This document shows, one piece after another, positions 19,883 through 30,260 of a DNA stretch of 64,000 nt. The position numbers and the translations under genes were made by a program. Positions within the stretch are counted from its first letter, which is position 1. Each line of letters opens with the position of its first letter. This stretch comes from a bacterium (lineage in GTDB: Bacteria > Synergistota > GBS-1), in contig JASKLF010000006.1 of assembly GCA_030153785.1 (NCBI GenBank), positions 1 through 64,000 of the forward strand, read 5' to 3'. The notes under the pieces were generated by a model that saw nothing but the letters and a program-made list of their open reading frames with translations, did not search any database and was not told the DNA's origin.

Positions 19883-20764
19883 TCATTTTACCCTCCTCAC
19901 AGCTCTAAGTTTCGCACTTCTTGAGCGAGGGTTATGAATAACCTCCTCTTTGGCAGGACGTAAAACTTTTTTAAACAGAGGCTCTCCTTCACCACTCTCC
20001 CTCAACTTCTTAACAAACTCTTTCACTATTCTATCTTCTAAGGAATGATAAGATATCACACAGAGAATCCCTCCAACTTTTAAAAACTTAAAAGCCTTAT
20101 TCAATCCCCTTTCCAAACAGTCAAGTTCCTCATTGACAGCTATCCTTAACGCCTGAAAAACCTTTCTTGCCGGATGCTTTCCCATCTTTCTCTGAACAGG
20201 CTTGGGCAAAGTATTTCTTATAATTTCTACAAGCTCAGAGGTGGTTTCTATGGGTTTTTTAACCCTTCTATCTACTATTGCTTTGGCTATTATATATGCG
20301 TTTCTCTCCTCTCCATATTCCTTAAAAATCTTAACAAGTTCTTCTATTGATAATCTATTAACGATGTCCACGGCTCTTAAAGAAGCATCACTCCCCATTC
20401 GCATGTCCAAGGGACCATTTTTAAGAAAGCTAAAACCCCTTTCACTATCTTCGAGTTGAAGAGAAGATACGCCCAGATCGAACAACACTCCGTCAACTTT
20501 TCCAACAAAATCACGATTGACAAGCTCATCTATATTTCTAAAGTTTCCTTGCAAAAGTTTTACATTGTAATCCTTTAAAATATCAGCCGCAATTCTAAGC
20601 GCTTTTTCATCCCTATCTATGCCTATCAACAATCCTCGAGGGGATATCCTATCTGCTATAGCTTTTGCGTGACCACCAAGTCCAACAGTAGCATCAATAT
20701 AAATTCCACCAGGTTTTGGAGCTAAAACCTCTAAAACTTCCTTAAGCATTACAGGTATATGCAT
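19883..20764 (-). CDS. rsmH: 16S rRNA m4C1402 methyltransferase
   Basis: HIPVML, DATVGLGGH, DLGVSS, PLDMRM, FQALRIAVNEEL, SYHSLEDR, NPRSRSAKLR. Confidence 0.97.
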   Translation of the reverse strand: MHIPVMLKEVLEVLAPKPGGIYIDATVGLGGHAKAIADRISPRGLLIGIDRDEKALRIAADILKDYNVKLLQGNFRNIDELVNRDFVGKVDGVLFDLGVSSLQLEDSERGFSFLKNGPLDMRMGSDASLRAVDIVNRLSIEELVKIFKEYGEERNAYIIAKAIVDRRVKKPIETTSELVEIIRNTLPKPVQRKMGKHPARKVFQALRIAVNEELDCLERGLNKAFKFLKVGGILCVISYHSLEDRIVKEFVKKLRESGEGEPLFKKVLRPAKEEVIHNPRSRSAKLRAVRRVK

Positions 20765-21196
20765 TTAAGTAAAAATCTCCTCCGCTACTTCTTCAAACTT
20801 AAGGAGCATATCTTTCTCATAAACTGTCCATCTATCCTTGGCCCAAATTTCTATCCTGTTACCTACACCAATAACAGCAACTTCTTTTTCAAGCTTTGCA
20901 TATTCCCTAAGAAAGGACGGTATTTGAATCCTCCCTTGACCATCCACAGACACTAAAGAAGCCCCTGCCAAAAGAAGTCTTAAAAAAGCTCTAACTTCTT
21001 TCTTCGCAAAAGAAAGGGAATTAAAGCTACTAACTATCTTCTCCCATTCCTCTATTGGGAATAAGAACAAACATCTTTCAAGTCCTCGCGTAAGGACTCC
21101 TTCCCCACCTAAGGTTCCTCTCATACTTGCAGGAATAAAAAGCCTTCCTTTACTATCCACATTAAAAAAATACGAACCTACAAAAGTTTTCACCAC
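20765..21196 (-). CDS. mraZ: Transcriptional regulator MraZ
   Basis: Two DxxGR repeats (DSKGR, DGQGR), GVGNRIEIW. Confidence 0.95.
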   Translation of the reverse strand: MVKTFVGSYFFNVDSKGRLFIPASMRGTLGGEGVLTRGLERCLFLFPIEEWEKIVSSFNSLSFAKKEVRAFLRLLLAGASLVSVDGQGRIQIPSFLREYAKLEKEVAVIGVGNRIEIWAKDRWTVYEKDMLLKFEEVAEEIFT

Positions 21197-21229
21197 ATTC
21201 CCCCACTTTTACCCACAAAGTTATCCACA
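21193..21229 (-). promoter_or_regulatory. MraZ-binding GTGG repeats plus a perfect DnaA box
   Basis: GTGG (plus-strand CCAC) at 21193, 21203 and 21213, an exact 10-bp period, and again at 21225. TTATCCACA at 21221-21229. Confidence 0.7.
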
Positions 21230-21246
21230 TGTGGGCAAAAAAAATA

Positions 21247-21598
21247 AAAGGCGGAAGCAACCCGTAAGCCGAGTTCTGTTCTAGTAGCCATCTCTCTAGG
21301 GAACGGATCGCTCCGTTCCTCAAGCGGCCTACCCGAGGGAAGGGCGAGCAACCCTATATCCCTCCTATTTGGCCTTGCTCCGGACGGGGTTTGCCAAGCC
21401 TATCAGGTCGCCCTGATAGCTGGTGGGCTCTTACCCCACCTTTTCACCCTTACCCCGCTTATTAGCAGGGCGGTTTGTTTTCTGTGGCACTTTCCTTGGG
21501 GTCGCCCCCACTGGGTGTTACCCAGCGTCCCGCTCTGTGGAGCTCGGACTTTCCTCAAGGGCTTTTACCCTTGCGGCTACCCAGTTACTTCCGCCTTT
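21247..21598 (-). ncRNA. rnpB: RNase P RNA (bacterial type A)
   Basis: Reverse complement contains GAGGAAAGTCCGAGCTCCACAG, GGAAAGTGCCACAGAAA, GGGTGAAAAGGTGGGGTAAGAGCCCACC, GGCAAACCCCGTCCGGAGCAAG and ACAGAACTCGGCTTAC. The ends pair as P1. Confidence 0.97.
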
Positions 21599-21627
21599 CT
21601 TCACATCTCAAGGTTCTCCCATCAAAC

Positions 21628-21656
21628 ATGGTAAAGCGACCATTCCCCAATATCAA
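21628..21656 (-). promoter_or_regulatory. Probable sigma70 promoter of rnpB
   Basis: TTGATA-N17-TACCAT on the minus strand just upstream of rnpB. Confidence 0.55.
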
Positions 21657-21687
21657 GGGACAACAGTCCCATCCAACACTTATCTAT

Positions 21688-22431
21688 CTAATTTCCTATT
21701 TTTTCGGCTATTTCACCCAAAACATTTTTCTGAATCTCGATAATTCTTTTTATACCATTCCACGCCAAATCCAATAACTCATCTAACTTAGAACGAGAAA
21801 ACGTGTTATGTTCTGCAGTACCTTGAATTTCAATATAATCTCCTCTATCATTCATAACAACGTTAAGGTCAACCTCCGCTTTGAAATCTTCTTCAAAGCA
21901 AAGGTCCAATAAAAGGTCGCCCTCGACTATACCGACACTAACAGCAGCAACAAAGCTTCTAACAGGGAATTCTTCTATAACCCCATTCTTATAAAGCTTG
22001 TATAAAGCCTCCGTGAGAGCAACAAATCCCCCATTTATAGAGGCTGTACGGGTACCTCCATCCGCCTGCAAAACATCACAGTCTATCCAGATGGTTCTCT
22101 CTCCCAACTTGTCTAAAGCAACAGATGCTCTCAGCGCCCTTCCTATCATCCTCTGAATCTCAAATGTTCTACCAGAAGGTCTACCCTTCACCATTGAATC
22201 TCTTGGAGTCCTAACCTGGGTGGACCTCGGTAACATTGCATACTCAGCAGTTATCCAACCTTGCCCAGTACCCCTTAAAAAGGGAGGAACCTTATCTTCT
22301 AAACTTGCCGTACATATAACATCAGTATTTCCCATTTTAATTCTAACCGAACCCTCAGGGTAGATAAGACATCCCCTCTCTATAGTAATAGGTCTAAGCT
22401 CTTCAGGCTTTCTACCATCAATTCTCGACAC
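21688..22431 (-). CDS. rph: Ribonuclease PH
   Basis: [56 protein letters not shown]. Start moved to GTG 22431. Confidence 0.96.
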   Translation of the reverse strand: MSRIDGRKPEELRPITIERGCLIYPEGSVRIKMGNTDVICTASLEDKVPPFLRGTGQGWITAEYAMLPRSTQVRTPRDSMVKGRPSGRTFEIQRMIGRALRASVALDKLGERTIWIDCDVLQADGGTRTASINGGFVALTEALYKLYKNGVIEEFPVRSFVAAVSVGIVEGDLLLDLCFEEDFKAEVDLNVVMNDRGDYIEIQGTAEHNTFSRSKLDELLDLAWNGIKRIIEIQKNVLGEIAEKIGN

Positions 22432-22438
22432 TTCACAA

Positions 22439-23059
22439 TCACTCTCCCATTCTAATTTTCCACATAGGTTCAATAGGAAAAGAAATATCAATGTGACCTT
22501 TGAGAGTCTCCATCACTTTTCCATCGACTAAGAATTGAACCATTTTAATTTCTGGAAAACTTTTACACAGAGAGTTAACTATACTATATATAGTCATAAC
22601 CTCAGCATTACTTCCACCAGGGTGATTTTCAATTATTTGAGAAGAAAAGTCTAAAAAAACGATCCCCCTACCTATAAAAACATGCTTCAGCTCCGTTCCC
22701 TGAGGAATAACTTTTGCCTTAGAATCGTATAACTCCTTAAAAACCTCTCTGATCATTTCCTCAAGACTGCTTTCAACTATTTCTTTCGATTCCTCAGTCA
22801 AATTTTCGTGGGCTGAGTCCGGGAGATATAGATAAACTACTTTCTTGGATATTTCAATTTTCCTTTCAGACACAAGAGGTTCCTTAACCATTTCTTCTCT
22901 CTTTAACATTTTCTCTTCCTTAAAGAAAAACTTTTGTTTGAGAAGATATCCTACAAGATGATACCCTCCCCATATCGTCACCAAAAGAACGACCACAGCT
23001 GCTATAACCCTTCCCCAAAGAATTCTTTTCCTATATTTTCTTCGTTCCGTTCTCCTCAT
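22439..23059 (-). CDS. GerMN domain membrane protein
   Basis: TM anchor; [19 protein letters not shown] and [14 protein letters not shown] GerMN pattern. Confidence 0.85.
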   Translation of the reverse strand: MRRTERRKYRKRILWGRVIAAVVVLLVTIWGGYHLVGYLLKQKFFFKEEKMLKREEMVKEPLVSERKIEISKKVVYLYLPDSAHENLTEESKEIVESSLEEMIREVFKELYDSKAKVIPQGTELKHVFIGRGIVFLDFSSQIIENHPGGSNAEVMTIYSIVNSLCKSFPEIKMVQFLVDGKVMETLKGHIDISFPIEPMWKIRMGE

Positions 23060-23074
23060 ATCTCCAACCCTCCA

Positions 23075-24703
23075 CTATCTGAGAGAAGATAGATAGCTGT
23101 TTACGCCTTTTGCTATAAGAGATGCTACTTTCCTCTGCCAAGAAGACGAGTTCAAAAGTTTCTCTTCTCTTGGATTACTTATGAAAGCAACTTCTACTAA
23201 AATAGCAGGCATCACAGCTCCTCTCAAGACAAAAAACGGAGCCTGAGCTATTCTTCGAACAGGTATCCCCAATTTACCATTACTCATCGAATCATATACT
23301 TCCTCTGCCAGTCTTGAACTTTCGTTTATCTTCGCGTTTTTCATCATGTCTTCCAATATCTTGACAAGCATGTCCGTTTTTCGCTTTACCTCCTCGCTTC
23401 CTAAACCAATTTCCATGTTTTCTCTTAAAGCTACAGCCATTGCAGAAGAATCGGTTGGCAACGCCATATAGTAAATCTCGCTACCCTTGGCAGAAGAAGA
23501 AAAACTTGCATTACAGTGTATGCTTAAGAAAAGATCTGCTTTCATTCTATTAGCCATTTTAGTTCTCTCCTCCAAAGGTAGGTAAATATCCTTATCTCTT
23601 GTCATAGCTACCCTATACCCCAACTTCATAAGTTCTTTTTTTAAATATAGAGAAATTCGCAGAACAATATCTTTTTCTCTCGTTCCCATTGGACCTATAG
23701 CTCCAGGATCTCTTCCTCCATGTCCTGGATCTATCATTACTAAAAGTTTGCCCCTCCCACTAACTTTGGGCACTTCGGGAGAAGGAACAATCGCCTTAGA
23801 AGAATCTTTTTTCTCAGAAGAGGGTTTTGTCCCAGCAATGGAAACAACACTATCCTTTGGTTTCTTTAAAACATCTAATACAAGACGGGGAGGGTTTTCC
23901 AATGTAAAATTCCTATAAGGAGGTGTCCCCTCAACCCCAATCTTTATTTTTGTATCTCCATCGCTTTTTAAAACCTCAACATCTTTCACAAGACCATCTC
24001 TTATTTTATACACTTCTTCCTTTGATGCTTTAACATCTTTCAAGATTACCACTAGGGTTTCGCCCTGAGTTGAAACTTCATATTCTGGAACCTTAGACAA
24101 ATCAAAAACTATCCTTGTGTACCTATCAGCAGAGTAATATCTAATCCTAGATAGAGAAATTTCAGACTTAGAACCCTCTGATACCATATTAACAGCAGGA
24201 ACCAAAGATGAAGTAGAAGGCGACTCCTCTTTTCCAGGTAAGGAAACAGTTTCTCTTTGAGAGACAGGCGCAGCGGGTAATTCACCGATAAAAAGTACCC
24301 TTTTATTGCTATCGAACTGTATCGCCGTATTCTCTAAAATAAAATTCAACGGCACAAAAATCTTATTACCTACAACTTTAGGAAAGCTATCAAGCAACCT
24401 AATTTTACCATCAACTAAAGCTGTTGGATTGTTTATTTGAAGCTGAAAATCCTTTTTCCCAATAGTAAAACTAAAAGTTCCATTTGCAGGGTTATATTTA
24501 AAACTGCCCCCTAAAGACCTTACCAGATCCTCGGGAGAGACATAAGTTATCCTATCAAAAACCATGAGAGGAATGTTACCCTTCTCTTCACCATTAACAA
24601 TCAAAGGTAAGTTTTGAGAAGAAGCTTGGGGCAAAAGGGTGAAAAATATAGAGAGAAAAACAAAAAATATTAAAAAAGCTCTTTTACTCAACAAAAAGAT
24701 CAC
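23075..24703 (-). CDS. N-acetylmuramoyl-L-alanine amidase (signal peptide, Cu-amine-oxidase-N-like, AMIN and Amidase_3 domains; AmiC-like)
   Basis: DPGHGGRDPGA, REK, SIHCN, LVEVAFISN zinc/catalytic motifs; TRIVFDL and NPPRLVLD AMIN motifs. Confidence 0.9.
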   Translation of the reverse strand: MIFLLSKRAFLIFFVFLSIFFTLLPQASSQNLPLIVNGEEKGNIPLMVFDRITYVSPEDLVRSLGGSFKYNPANGTFSFTIGKKDFQLQINNPTALVDGKIRLLDSFPKVVGNKIFVPLNFILENTAIQFDSNKRVLFIGELPAAPVSQRETVSLPGKEESPSTSSLVPAVNMVSEGSKSEISLSRIRYYSADRYTRIVFDLSKVPEYEVSTQGETLVVILKDVKASKEEVYKIRDGLVKDVEVLKSDGDTKIKIGVEGTPPYRNFTLENPPRLVLDVLKKPKDSVVSIAGTKPSSEKKDSSKAIVPSPEVPKVSGRGKLLVMIDPGHGGRDPGAIGPMGTREKDIVLRISLYLKKELMKLGYRVAMTRDKDIYLPLEERTKMANRMKADLFLSIHCNASFSSSAKGSEIYYMALPTDSSAMAVALRENMEIGLGSEEVKRKTDMLVKILEDMMKNAKINESSRLAEEVYDSMSNGKLGIPVRRIAQAPFFVLRGAVMPAILVEVAFISNPREEKLLNSSSWQRKVASLIAKGVNSYLSSLR

Positions 24704-26046
24704 TCCCCTCCAACCATCACATCCGATACAACCAAAGTAACTCCTCCCACAGTTCCGAAAAATGTAAGATCTTTCCCCACCTCTTCAAGCCTATTAAAAA
24801 ATTCCAAAAGATTGCCAGCAATGGTAACCCCTTTAACCGGAAAGGCAAATTCTCCATTTTCTATCCATATACCAGAAACACCCAAAGAAAAATCCCCAGA
24901 AATAAGGTTAACTGTATGAAGACCCATGACCTCTAAAATGTACAAACCTTTATTAACATTTTTCAATATCTCCTCAGGTTCTTTCTCTCCAGGCATTATA
25001 AACAGGTTAGTAATACCGACTGACGGAATAGAAGCATACCCTCTTACAGCATTTCCTGTGGTATCAACCCCATCCTTAGATGCCGTATAAAGATTATGAA
25101 GATACGTCTCCAAAATTCCATCTACTACTACCTCTTTCCTCTTAGTGGGAAAGCCTTCTGCATCAAATGGAGCACTTCCCATCCCTTTCTCCATTGTACC
25201 ATCATCTATCAAAGTAAATTTATCAGAAGCTATTTTCTTACCCAACCTACCACAAAGAAGAGATTTCCCCTTCTGAACATTCTCAGCAGATAGGAGAACA
25301 GAAAACAGAGAAATAAAATCCGCTGTAACTTCTGGGGCTAATATTATTGGAATTTTCTGACTCTTTACACGCTTGCCTCCTAATAAAGAAACAGCTCTAT
25401 CAATAGCCTTTCGGGAAACCTCGGACAAATCAAGTTCCTCAAAGAACCTTTTTTCCTGAGAGTAATAACCCATTTCTTTCTCATCTTTTTCAGAAGCTAA
25501 AACGGCGAGACTAACAGAAAAATAGGTTCCTTCCCTTTGAAGTAGTATTCCCAGGCTATTAGCCAAAATAACCTCATAAGCACCATCGTTATACTCCGCC
25601 TTTCTAACCTTCTCAAGCTTAGGATGTGCACCTTTAGTTATCCCATATAAATTTTCAGCAACAGCAATTTTCTGAGACTCAGTAATATGAGAGATAGTAT
25701 CGTCATAAACACAAACATCAGGATAAGTTCCTATAGGAGGAGAATATCTTCGAAAAGGGTCCGGAGAAGAAAAAGACAATCTGGCTAAAGCTTCATCAGC
25801 TGTCTTTTTCAGATCTTCAAAGGTGAGCGAATTTGTGTGAGCAAACCCCATCTTTCCATCCTCACTAAGAAGTCTTATACCCACTCCTCCACCTTTAGAT
25901 TTTTCAAGATGCTCAAGACCATCGTCTCCCAGGGAAACGGAAAAAGAATCCTCATATATAGCATAAAGCTCTGCAAAATAGGTTCTTTTAGATTTCAAAT
26001 AACTCAATATGTCTGTCAAAAGGTTCAAATCTATCCATCTCGCCAT
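24700..26046 (-). CDS. pmbA: TldD/PmbA family protein (PmbA/TldE type)
   Basis: GIRL, PFDAEG, TGNAVRG, SGDFSL, TIAGNL; no HExxxH motif. Confidence 0.85.
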   Translation of the reverse strand: MARWIDLNLLTDILSYLKSKRTYFAELYAIYEDSFSVSLGDDGLEHLEKSKGGGVGIRLLSEDGKMGFAHTNSLTFEDLKKTADEALARLSFSSPDPFRRYSPPIGTYPDVCVYDDTISHITESQKIAVAENLYGITKGAHPKLEKVRKAEYNDGAYEVILANSLGILLQREGTYFSVSLAVLASEKDEKEMGYYSQEKRFFEELDLSEVSRKAIDRAVSLLGGKRVKSQKIPIILAPEVTADFISLFSVLLSAENVQKGKSLLCGRLGKKIASDKFTLIDDGTMEKGMGSAPFDAEGFPTKRKEVVVDGILETYLHNLYTASKDGVDTTGNAVRGYASIPSVGITNLFIMPGEKEPEEILKNVNKGLYILEVMGLHTVNLISGDFSLGVSGIWIENGEFAFPVKGVTIAGNLLEFFNRLEEVGKDLTFFGTVGGVTLVVSDVMVGGE

Positions 26047-27080
26047 GATCCCTCAACCACCTCTTTTATGGCTTTCGCAGCTTCAATCACATCTTCCCTC
26101 GAAACATCTTTATGAGTAACGAGTCTTACCCTTCTCTTTGAGACGACGCTTATTTTTATCCCCCTTTCCAAAAGCTTTTTAGCCAGCTGAGGAGCATCTA
26201 TACCGCCCGGAAGAAGCATAAAATAGACCATATTAGTTCTAACCGCGACAGGTTCAACCACTATTCCTTTAACCTGAGAAAGTTCATTAGCAAGTAACTC
26301 TGCATTTTCGTGATCTTCTTTTAGCCTTTGCACCATCTTATTTAAAGCCACTATCCCACAAGCTGCTATAACTCCTGCCTGTCTCATTCCACCACCTAAA
26401 CGTTTCCTCATCTTTCTCGCCTTCTCAATGAAATCTTTTCTACCCACAATAACCGAACCAATAGGCGCACCAAGTCCCTTGGAAAGGCAAAACATTAGAG
26501 CATCTACACGCTCTACCATCTTCGATGGCTCAACCCCTAATGCAACGCATGCATTAAATATCCGAGCTCCGTCAAGATAAACCGGGATACCATGTCTATC
26601 AGCAATATCAACAACTTCATCAATATATTCCTTAGAAAGAGCTACCCCTCCTGCTCTGTTATGAGTATTTTCTAAGGTTATCAGCGCAGTTCTGGGAAAA
26701 TGGATGTTCTCAGGTCTTATAGCCTCTTCCAGTTCTACCAAGCTAAACATTCCATTCTCATCATTTATAGGCATAGCTTGAACGCCAGACAAAGCAGCAA
26801 TAGCGCCCACCTCATAATTGTAGATGTGAGAATTTCGCCCCACTATTATTTCATCTCCGCGCTGGGTATAGGTCATCACAGAAACTTGATTGGCCATGGT
26901 TCCAGAGACAACGAATAAAGCCGCTTCCTTTTTAAAAATAAAAGCCGCAAGTTCCTCAAGCTCATTAACTGTAGGGTCTTCTCTATAAACATCGTCACCA
27001 ACCTTTGCTTTCATCATGGCTTCCCTCATTTCATCTGTGGGAGTTGTAACCGTATCACTCCTGAGATCGATAATTTTCAT
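26031..27080 (-). CDS. ltaE: Low-specificity L-threonine aldolase
   Basis: DLRSDTVT, SGTMANQ, LENTHN, DGARIFNA, CLSKGLGAP, GGGMRQAG. Start ATG 27080. Confidence 0.95.
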   Translation of the reverse strand: MKIIDLRSDTVTTPTDEMREAMMKAKVGDDVYREDPTVNELEELAAFIFKKEAALFVVSGTMANQVSVMTYTQRGDEIIVGRNSHIYNYEVGAIAALSGVQAMPINDENGMFSLVELEEAIRPENIHFPRTALITLENTHNRAGGVALSKEYIDEVVDIADRHGIPVYLDGARIFNACVALGVEPSKMVERVDALMFCLSKGLGAPIGSVIVGRKDFIEKARKMRKRLGGGMRQAGVIAACGIVALNKMVQRLKEDHENAELLANELSQVKGIVVEPVAVRTNMVYFMLLPGGIDAPQLAKKLLERGIKISVVSKRRVRLVTHKDVSREDVIEAAKAIKEVVEGSWRDG

Positions 27081-28273
27081 TTTCTCACCCCCCACTTATC
27101 CTTTTCTACATCCGAAGGAAAATAATACTGCCGTTTTCTAATCATGTATTCCTGCTCCACATATCCACCAGCATAGTCATGAGGATATTTATACCCATCA
27201 GAACCCGGACGAAGGTGTTCAGGAACGCTTTGAATTTCTCCACTTCTAATATCCTCAAGCGCCATCTCTATTCCCTTATAGGCAGAATTGCTTTTCGGCG
27301 CTAAAGCCACATATAAAGCCGCCTGTGCCAAAGGTATTTTCCCCTCCGGCATTCCTATTCTTTCTACAGCTTCCATAGCCGCTGTAGCTACAACAAGAGC
27401 CATAGGATCTGCGTTCCCCACATCTTCAGAGGCACATATAACTATTCTTCTCGCTATAAACCTTGGATCCTCCCCTCCCGCTATTAACCTTCCTAACCAA
27501 TACAATGTGGCATCAGGATCACTACCTCTCATGCTCTTTATAAAAGCAGAAATTATAGAATAGTGCATGTCTGCATCTTTATCATAAAGTATATTAGCAC
27601 CAGAAGCAAGTTCCACATGAGATCTTTCTATTACTCTACTACCCTCCGATTTAGCAATATGAAACGATATCTCCAACCTCTGCAATAGAGCCCTTGCATC
27701 TCCTGCAGCTAACCTAACAAGAAGCTCACAAGCCTCTTCGCTTAAAGATATTCCTCTTCCTCCTAGTCCCCTTTTATCCTGCATAACTTGTTGAGCTAAT
27801 TTTCCTAAATCCTCCGGAGAAAGAGGCTCGAAATTGAAAACTATTACTCTCGAAATTATAGGAGCATTTATCTCAAAAAATGGATTATGGACTGTCGTGG
27901 CAATAAGAGTTACATCCCCCTTTTCAAGAAAAGGCATTAGAATATCTTGCTGAAGCTTGTTAAAATGATATATCTCGTCAACAAACAGGATAGAACCTAA
28001 CCCCATCTTTTTAACGGAAATAGCTTTTTCAATAGCCTCTCTGAGCTCTTTAACTCCTGAAGTTGCAGCATTAAGCTCAATAAGCTGGACACCAAGCTCA
28101 GAGGCCAAAACCCTTGCAGTTACAGTTTTTCCAACACCAGGAGGACCGTAAAAGACCATTGACGGCAAAAATCCCTGCGAAACAAAAGCTTTAAGTGCCT
28201 TTATAACTTTCTTTTGCCCCTTTATTTCGTCAAGCGTCTTCGGAACAAACCTACTCGGAAGAGGCTTTTCCAA
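27077..28273 (-). CDS. rarA: Replication-associated recombination protein A (RarA/MgsA AAA+ ATPase)
   Basis: GPPGVGKT, HYSIISAFIKSMRGSDPDA, ASEDVGNADP, PKSNS, YKYPHDY. Confidence 0.93.
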   Translation of the reverse strand: MEKPLPSRFVPKTLDEIKGQKKVIKALKAFVSQGFLPSMVFYGPPGVGKTVTARVLASELGVQLIELNAATSGVKELREAIEKAISVKKMGLGSILFVDEIYHFNKLQQDILMPFLEKGDVTLIATTVHNPFFEINAPIISRVIVFNFEPLSPEDLGKLAQQVMQDKRGLGGRGISLSEEACELLVRLAAGDARALLQRLEISFHIAKSEGSRVIERSHVELASGANILYDKDADMHYSIISAFIKSMRGSDPDATLYWLGRLIAGGEDPRFIARRIVICASEDVGNADPMALVVATAAMEAVERIGMPEGKIPLAQAALYVALAPKSNSAYKGIEMALEDIRSGEIQSVPEHLRPGSDGYKYPHDYAGGYVEQEYMIRKRQYYFPSDVEKDKWGVRK

Positions 28274-28297
28274 ACTTTTTCACCTCAATAGTAAAGC

Positions 28298-28465
28298 AAA
28301 ACCCCGCGGTGCCGTATGCGTGAGGTTTTGAACCCAGCCCCATAAAGTGGGTGCCCCTTCCGTTACTTCCGCGCCGGAACGCTTCCGTAACGGAAAGCAA
28401 GCTCCCTCTGGTTCTGGTGTTGGCTCAAAACCCTCAATCCCTACACACGAACACCGCAGGGACCA
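28298..28465 (-). ncRNA. ssrS: 6S RNA
   Basis: Ends pair into a long rod (CCCTGCGGTGTTCG...CGGCACCGCGGGG) with inner TTGAGCC/GGGTTCAA, GGGAGC and GGCACCCAC elements. Sits directly upstream of rarA, a common 6S neighbourhood, and has its own promoter. Confidence 0.88.
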
Positions 28466-28476
28466 ATCCTAAAAGA

Positions 28477-28505
28477 ATTTTAGCATATATTCTAAAATAT
28501 TGCAA
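28477..28505 (-). promoter_or_regulatory. Sigma70 promoter of 6S RNA
   Basis: TTGCAA-N17-TAAAAT with extended -10 TG. Confidence 0.7.
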
Positions 28506-28511
28506 GTAAAC

Positions 28512-29039
28512 TTATGCTTTCTGCCTCGCTACGCCAAAAACCTTTACCTTTTCAGCAATCACACTGGCTAAAAACGCTTTCGCCACATCTATTCCAACGA
28601 AAGGAACAACTCCTATATGAAACGCCTTATGAAAATCCCCGTGAAGGAAAAATCCCAAACGTGACCATCCTAAGAAATAAATGACACCTATTCCTACCAA
28701 ACCCCACAAAAGCTTTTTCAAAAAACCCTTTGCAGAAAAGGAAAATTTACTAACCATTAGAGAAGCTATCGGAAAAGACCAAAGATAACCTGCAGTAGGG
28801 CCATAAAGATGGGCGAGCCCCCCCTTAAATCCAGCAAAAACAGGCAAGCCTATTGCTCCCATCAGCAAGTAAATCAGCTGACTTGCCAACGCTAGTTTAG
28901 GTTCAAGAAGCATCCCACACAGAAGCACAAATAAAGCCTGTAAAGTAACAGGCACAGTTCCTATTGGGATAGATATCTGTGCACCTACCGCGGTTAAAGC
29001 TGCAAATAGAGCCACTTTAGTTATATTTTCAGCTTTCAA
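28512..29039 (-). CDS. bioY: Biotin ECF transporter S component BioY
   Basis: ALFAALTA, VPVTLQ, YLLMGAIGLPVFAG, GPTAGYL. Confidence 0.93.
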   Translation of the reverse strand: MKAENITKVALFAALTAVGAQISIPIGTVPVTLQALFVLLCGMLLEPKLALASQLIYLLMGAIGLPVFAGFKGGLAHLYGPTAGYLWSFPIASLMVSKFSFSAKGFLKKLLWGLVGIGVIYFLGWSRLGFFLHGDFHKAFHIGVVPFVGIDVAKAFLASVIAEKVKVFGVARQKA

Positions 29040-29042
29040 CGA

Positions 29043-30251
29043 TTACCCCCCCCTTACTTTCAAAAATCTTCTTTTACCTACCTGAATTACCCTTTCTTCC
29101 TCCAAATTTACCATATAAAAGGGGTCCTCTACCTTTAAACCGTCCACTTTAACTCCTCCTTGAGATAATAACCTTTTAGCTTCCCCCTTACTGGATGTTA
29201 AACCTCCTTCAACCAGTATATCTAAAATAATCTTCTCTTTTTCGGGAAAAACTTTAGAGGGAATCTCACTCGGAAGTTCCTTCTTGGAAAATACCCTATT
29301 GAACTCCTCCTGGGCTTTTAAAGCATCTTCCTCAGAATGGTAAGTCTTAACAATATTAAAAGCAAGCTTCATCTTAAGATCCTTGGGATGAATCCTACCG
29401 GATTTCAGTCCTTCTTTGAACTTTTCTATCTCATCCGTAGAGAAATCCGTTAAAAGTTCAAAATACTTTATCATAAGTGAATCGGGAATAGACATCAGTT
29501 TACCAAACATTTCTAAAGGAGGTTCGTCTATTCCCACATAGTTTCCTAAACTCTTGCTCATTTTTTGAACACCGTCAAGCCCCTCAAGTATTGGCATAAG
29601 AATAGCTATCTGTGGTTCCTGCCCAAAAAATCTTTGAAGCTCCCTTCCTACAAGAAGATTAAACTTTTGGTCCGTTCCACCCAATTCAACATCCGCCTTA
29701 AGAGCAACAGAATCATAAGCCTGAGCAATTGGATAGAGAAGCTCGTGTAATCCGATAGGTCTACCCTCGGCGAAACGCTTAGCAAAGTCTTCCCTCTCCA
29801 AAAACTGAGCCACTGTAAATTTTCCTGCCAGCCTTATTAAATCTGCAAAAGAAAGTTTCTCAAGCCACTCGCTGTTATACGCAACTACGGTTTTCTCTGG
29901 ATCAAGAACCTTAAAAAACTGCCTTTTATAGGTAGCGGAATTTTTCTCTATTTCTTCCGGAGTCAATGGCTTTCTTGTTTCGGACCTTCCGGAAGGATCT
30001 CCTATTCTAGCCGTAAAATCGCCTATCAGAAAAACGACTTTGTGCCCCAGCTCTTGAAAGTGCCTCATCTTTCTTAGAAGAACAGTATGCCCTAAGTGCA
30101 AATCAGGAGCTGTAGGGTCAAATCCTGCCTTCACAATTAAAGGAATTCCTTTCTCGAGCTTCTTCATGAGTTCCTCTTCATTTATTATCTCTACAGTTCC
30201 CCTTTTTATGAGCTTAAGCTGTTCTTGAGGGCTAAGCAAAACCCAAACCAC
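29043..30251 (-). CDS. tyrS: Tyrosine--tRNA ligase
   Basis: [32 protein letters not shown]-terminal S4 domain. Confidence 0.97.
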   Translation of the reverse strand: MVWVLLSPQEQLKLIKRGTVEIINEEELMKKLEKGIPLIVKAGFDPTAPDLHLGHTVLLRKMRHFQELGHKVVFLIGDFTARIGDPSGRSETRKPLTPEEIEKNSATYKRQFFKVLDPEKTVVAYNSEWLEKLSFADLIRLAGKFTVAQFLEREDFAKRFAEGRPIGLHELLYPIAQAYDSVALKADVELGGTDQKFNLLVGRELQRFFGQEPQIAILMPILEGLDGVQKMSKSLGNYVGIDEPPLEMFGKLMSIPDSLMIKYFELLTDFSTDEIEKFKEGLKSGRIHPKDLKMKLAFNIVKTYHSEEDALKAQEEFNRVFSKKELPSEIPSKVFPEKEKIILDILVEGGLTSSKGEAKRLLSQGGVKVDGLKVEDPFYMVNLEEERVIQVGKRRFLKVRGG

Positions 30252-30260
30252 TCCCTTCTT

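Noticed and set aside
21221..21229. Replication origin at the DnaA box
   Set aside because: It is a single box in a 50-bp gap with no box cluster or nearby dnaA, so it is better read as regulatory.
21423..21777. Two plus-strand ORFs (106 aa and 100 aa)
   Set aside because: They are antisense to the GC-rich RNase P RNA and are shadow ORFs.
30252..30260. T-box leader for tyrS
   Set aside because: Only 9 bp separate rnc and tyrS.
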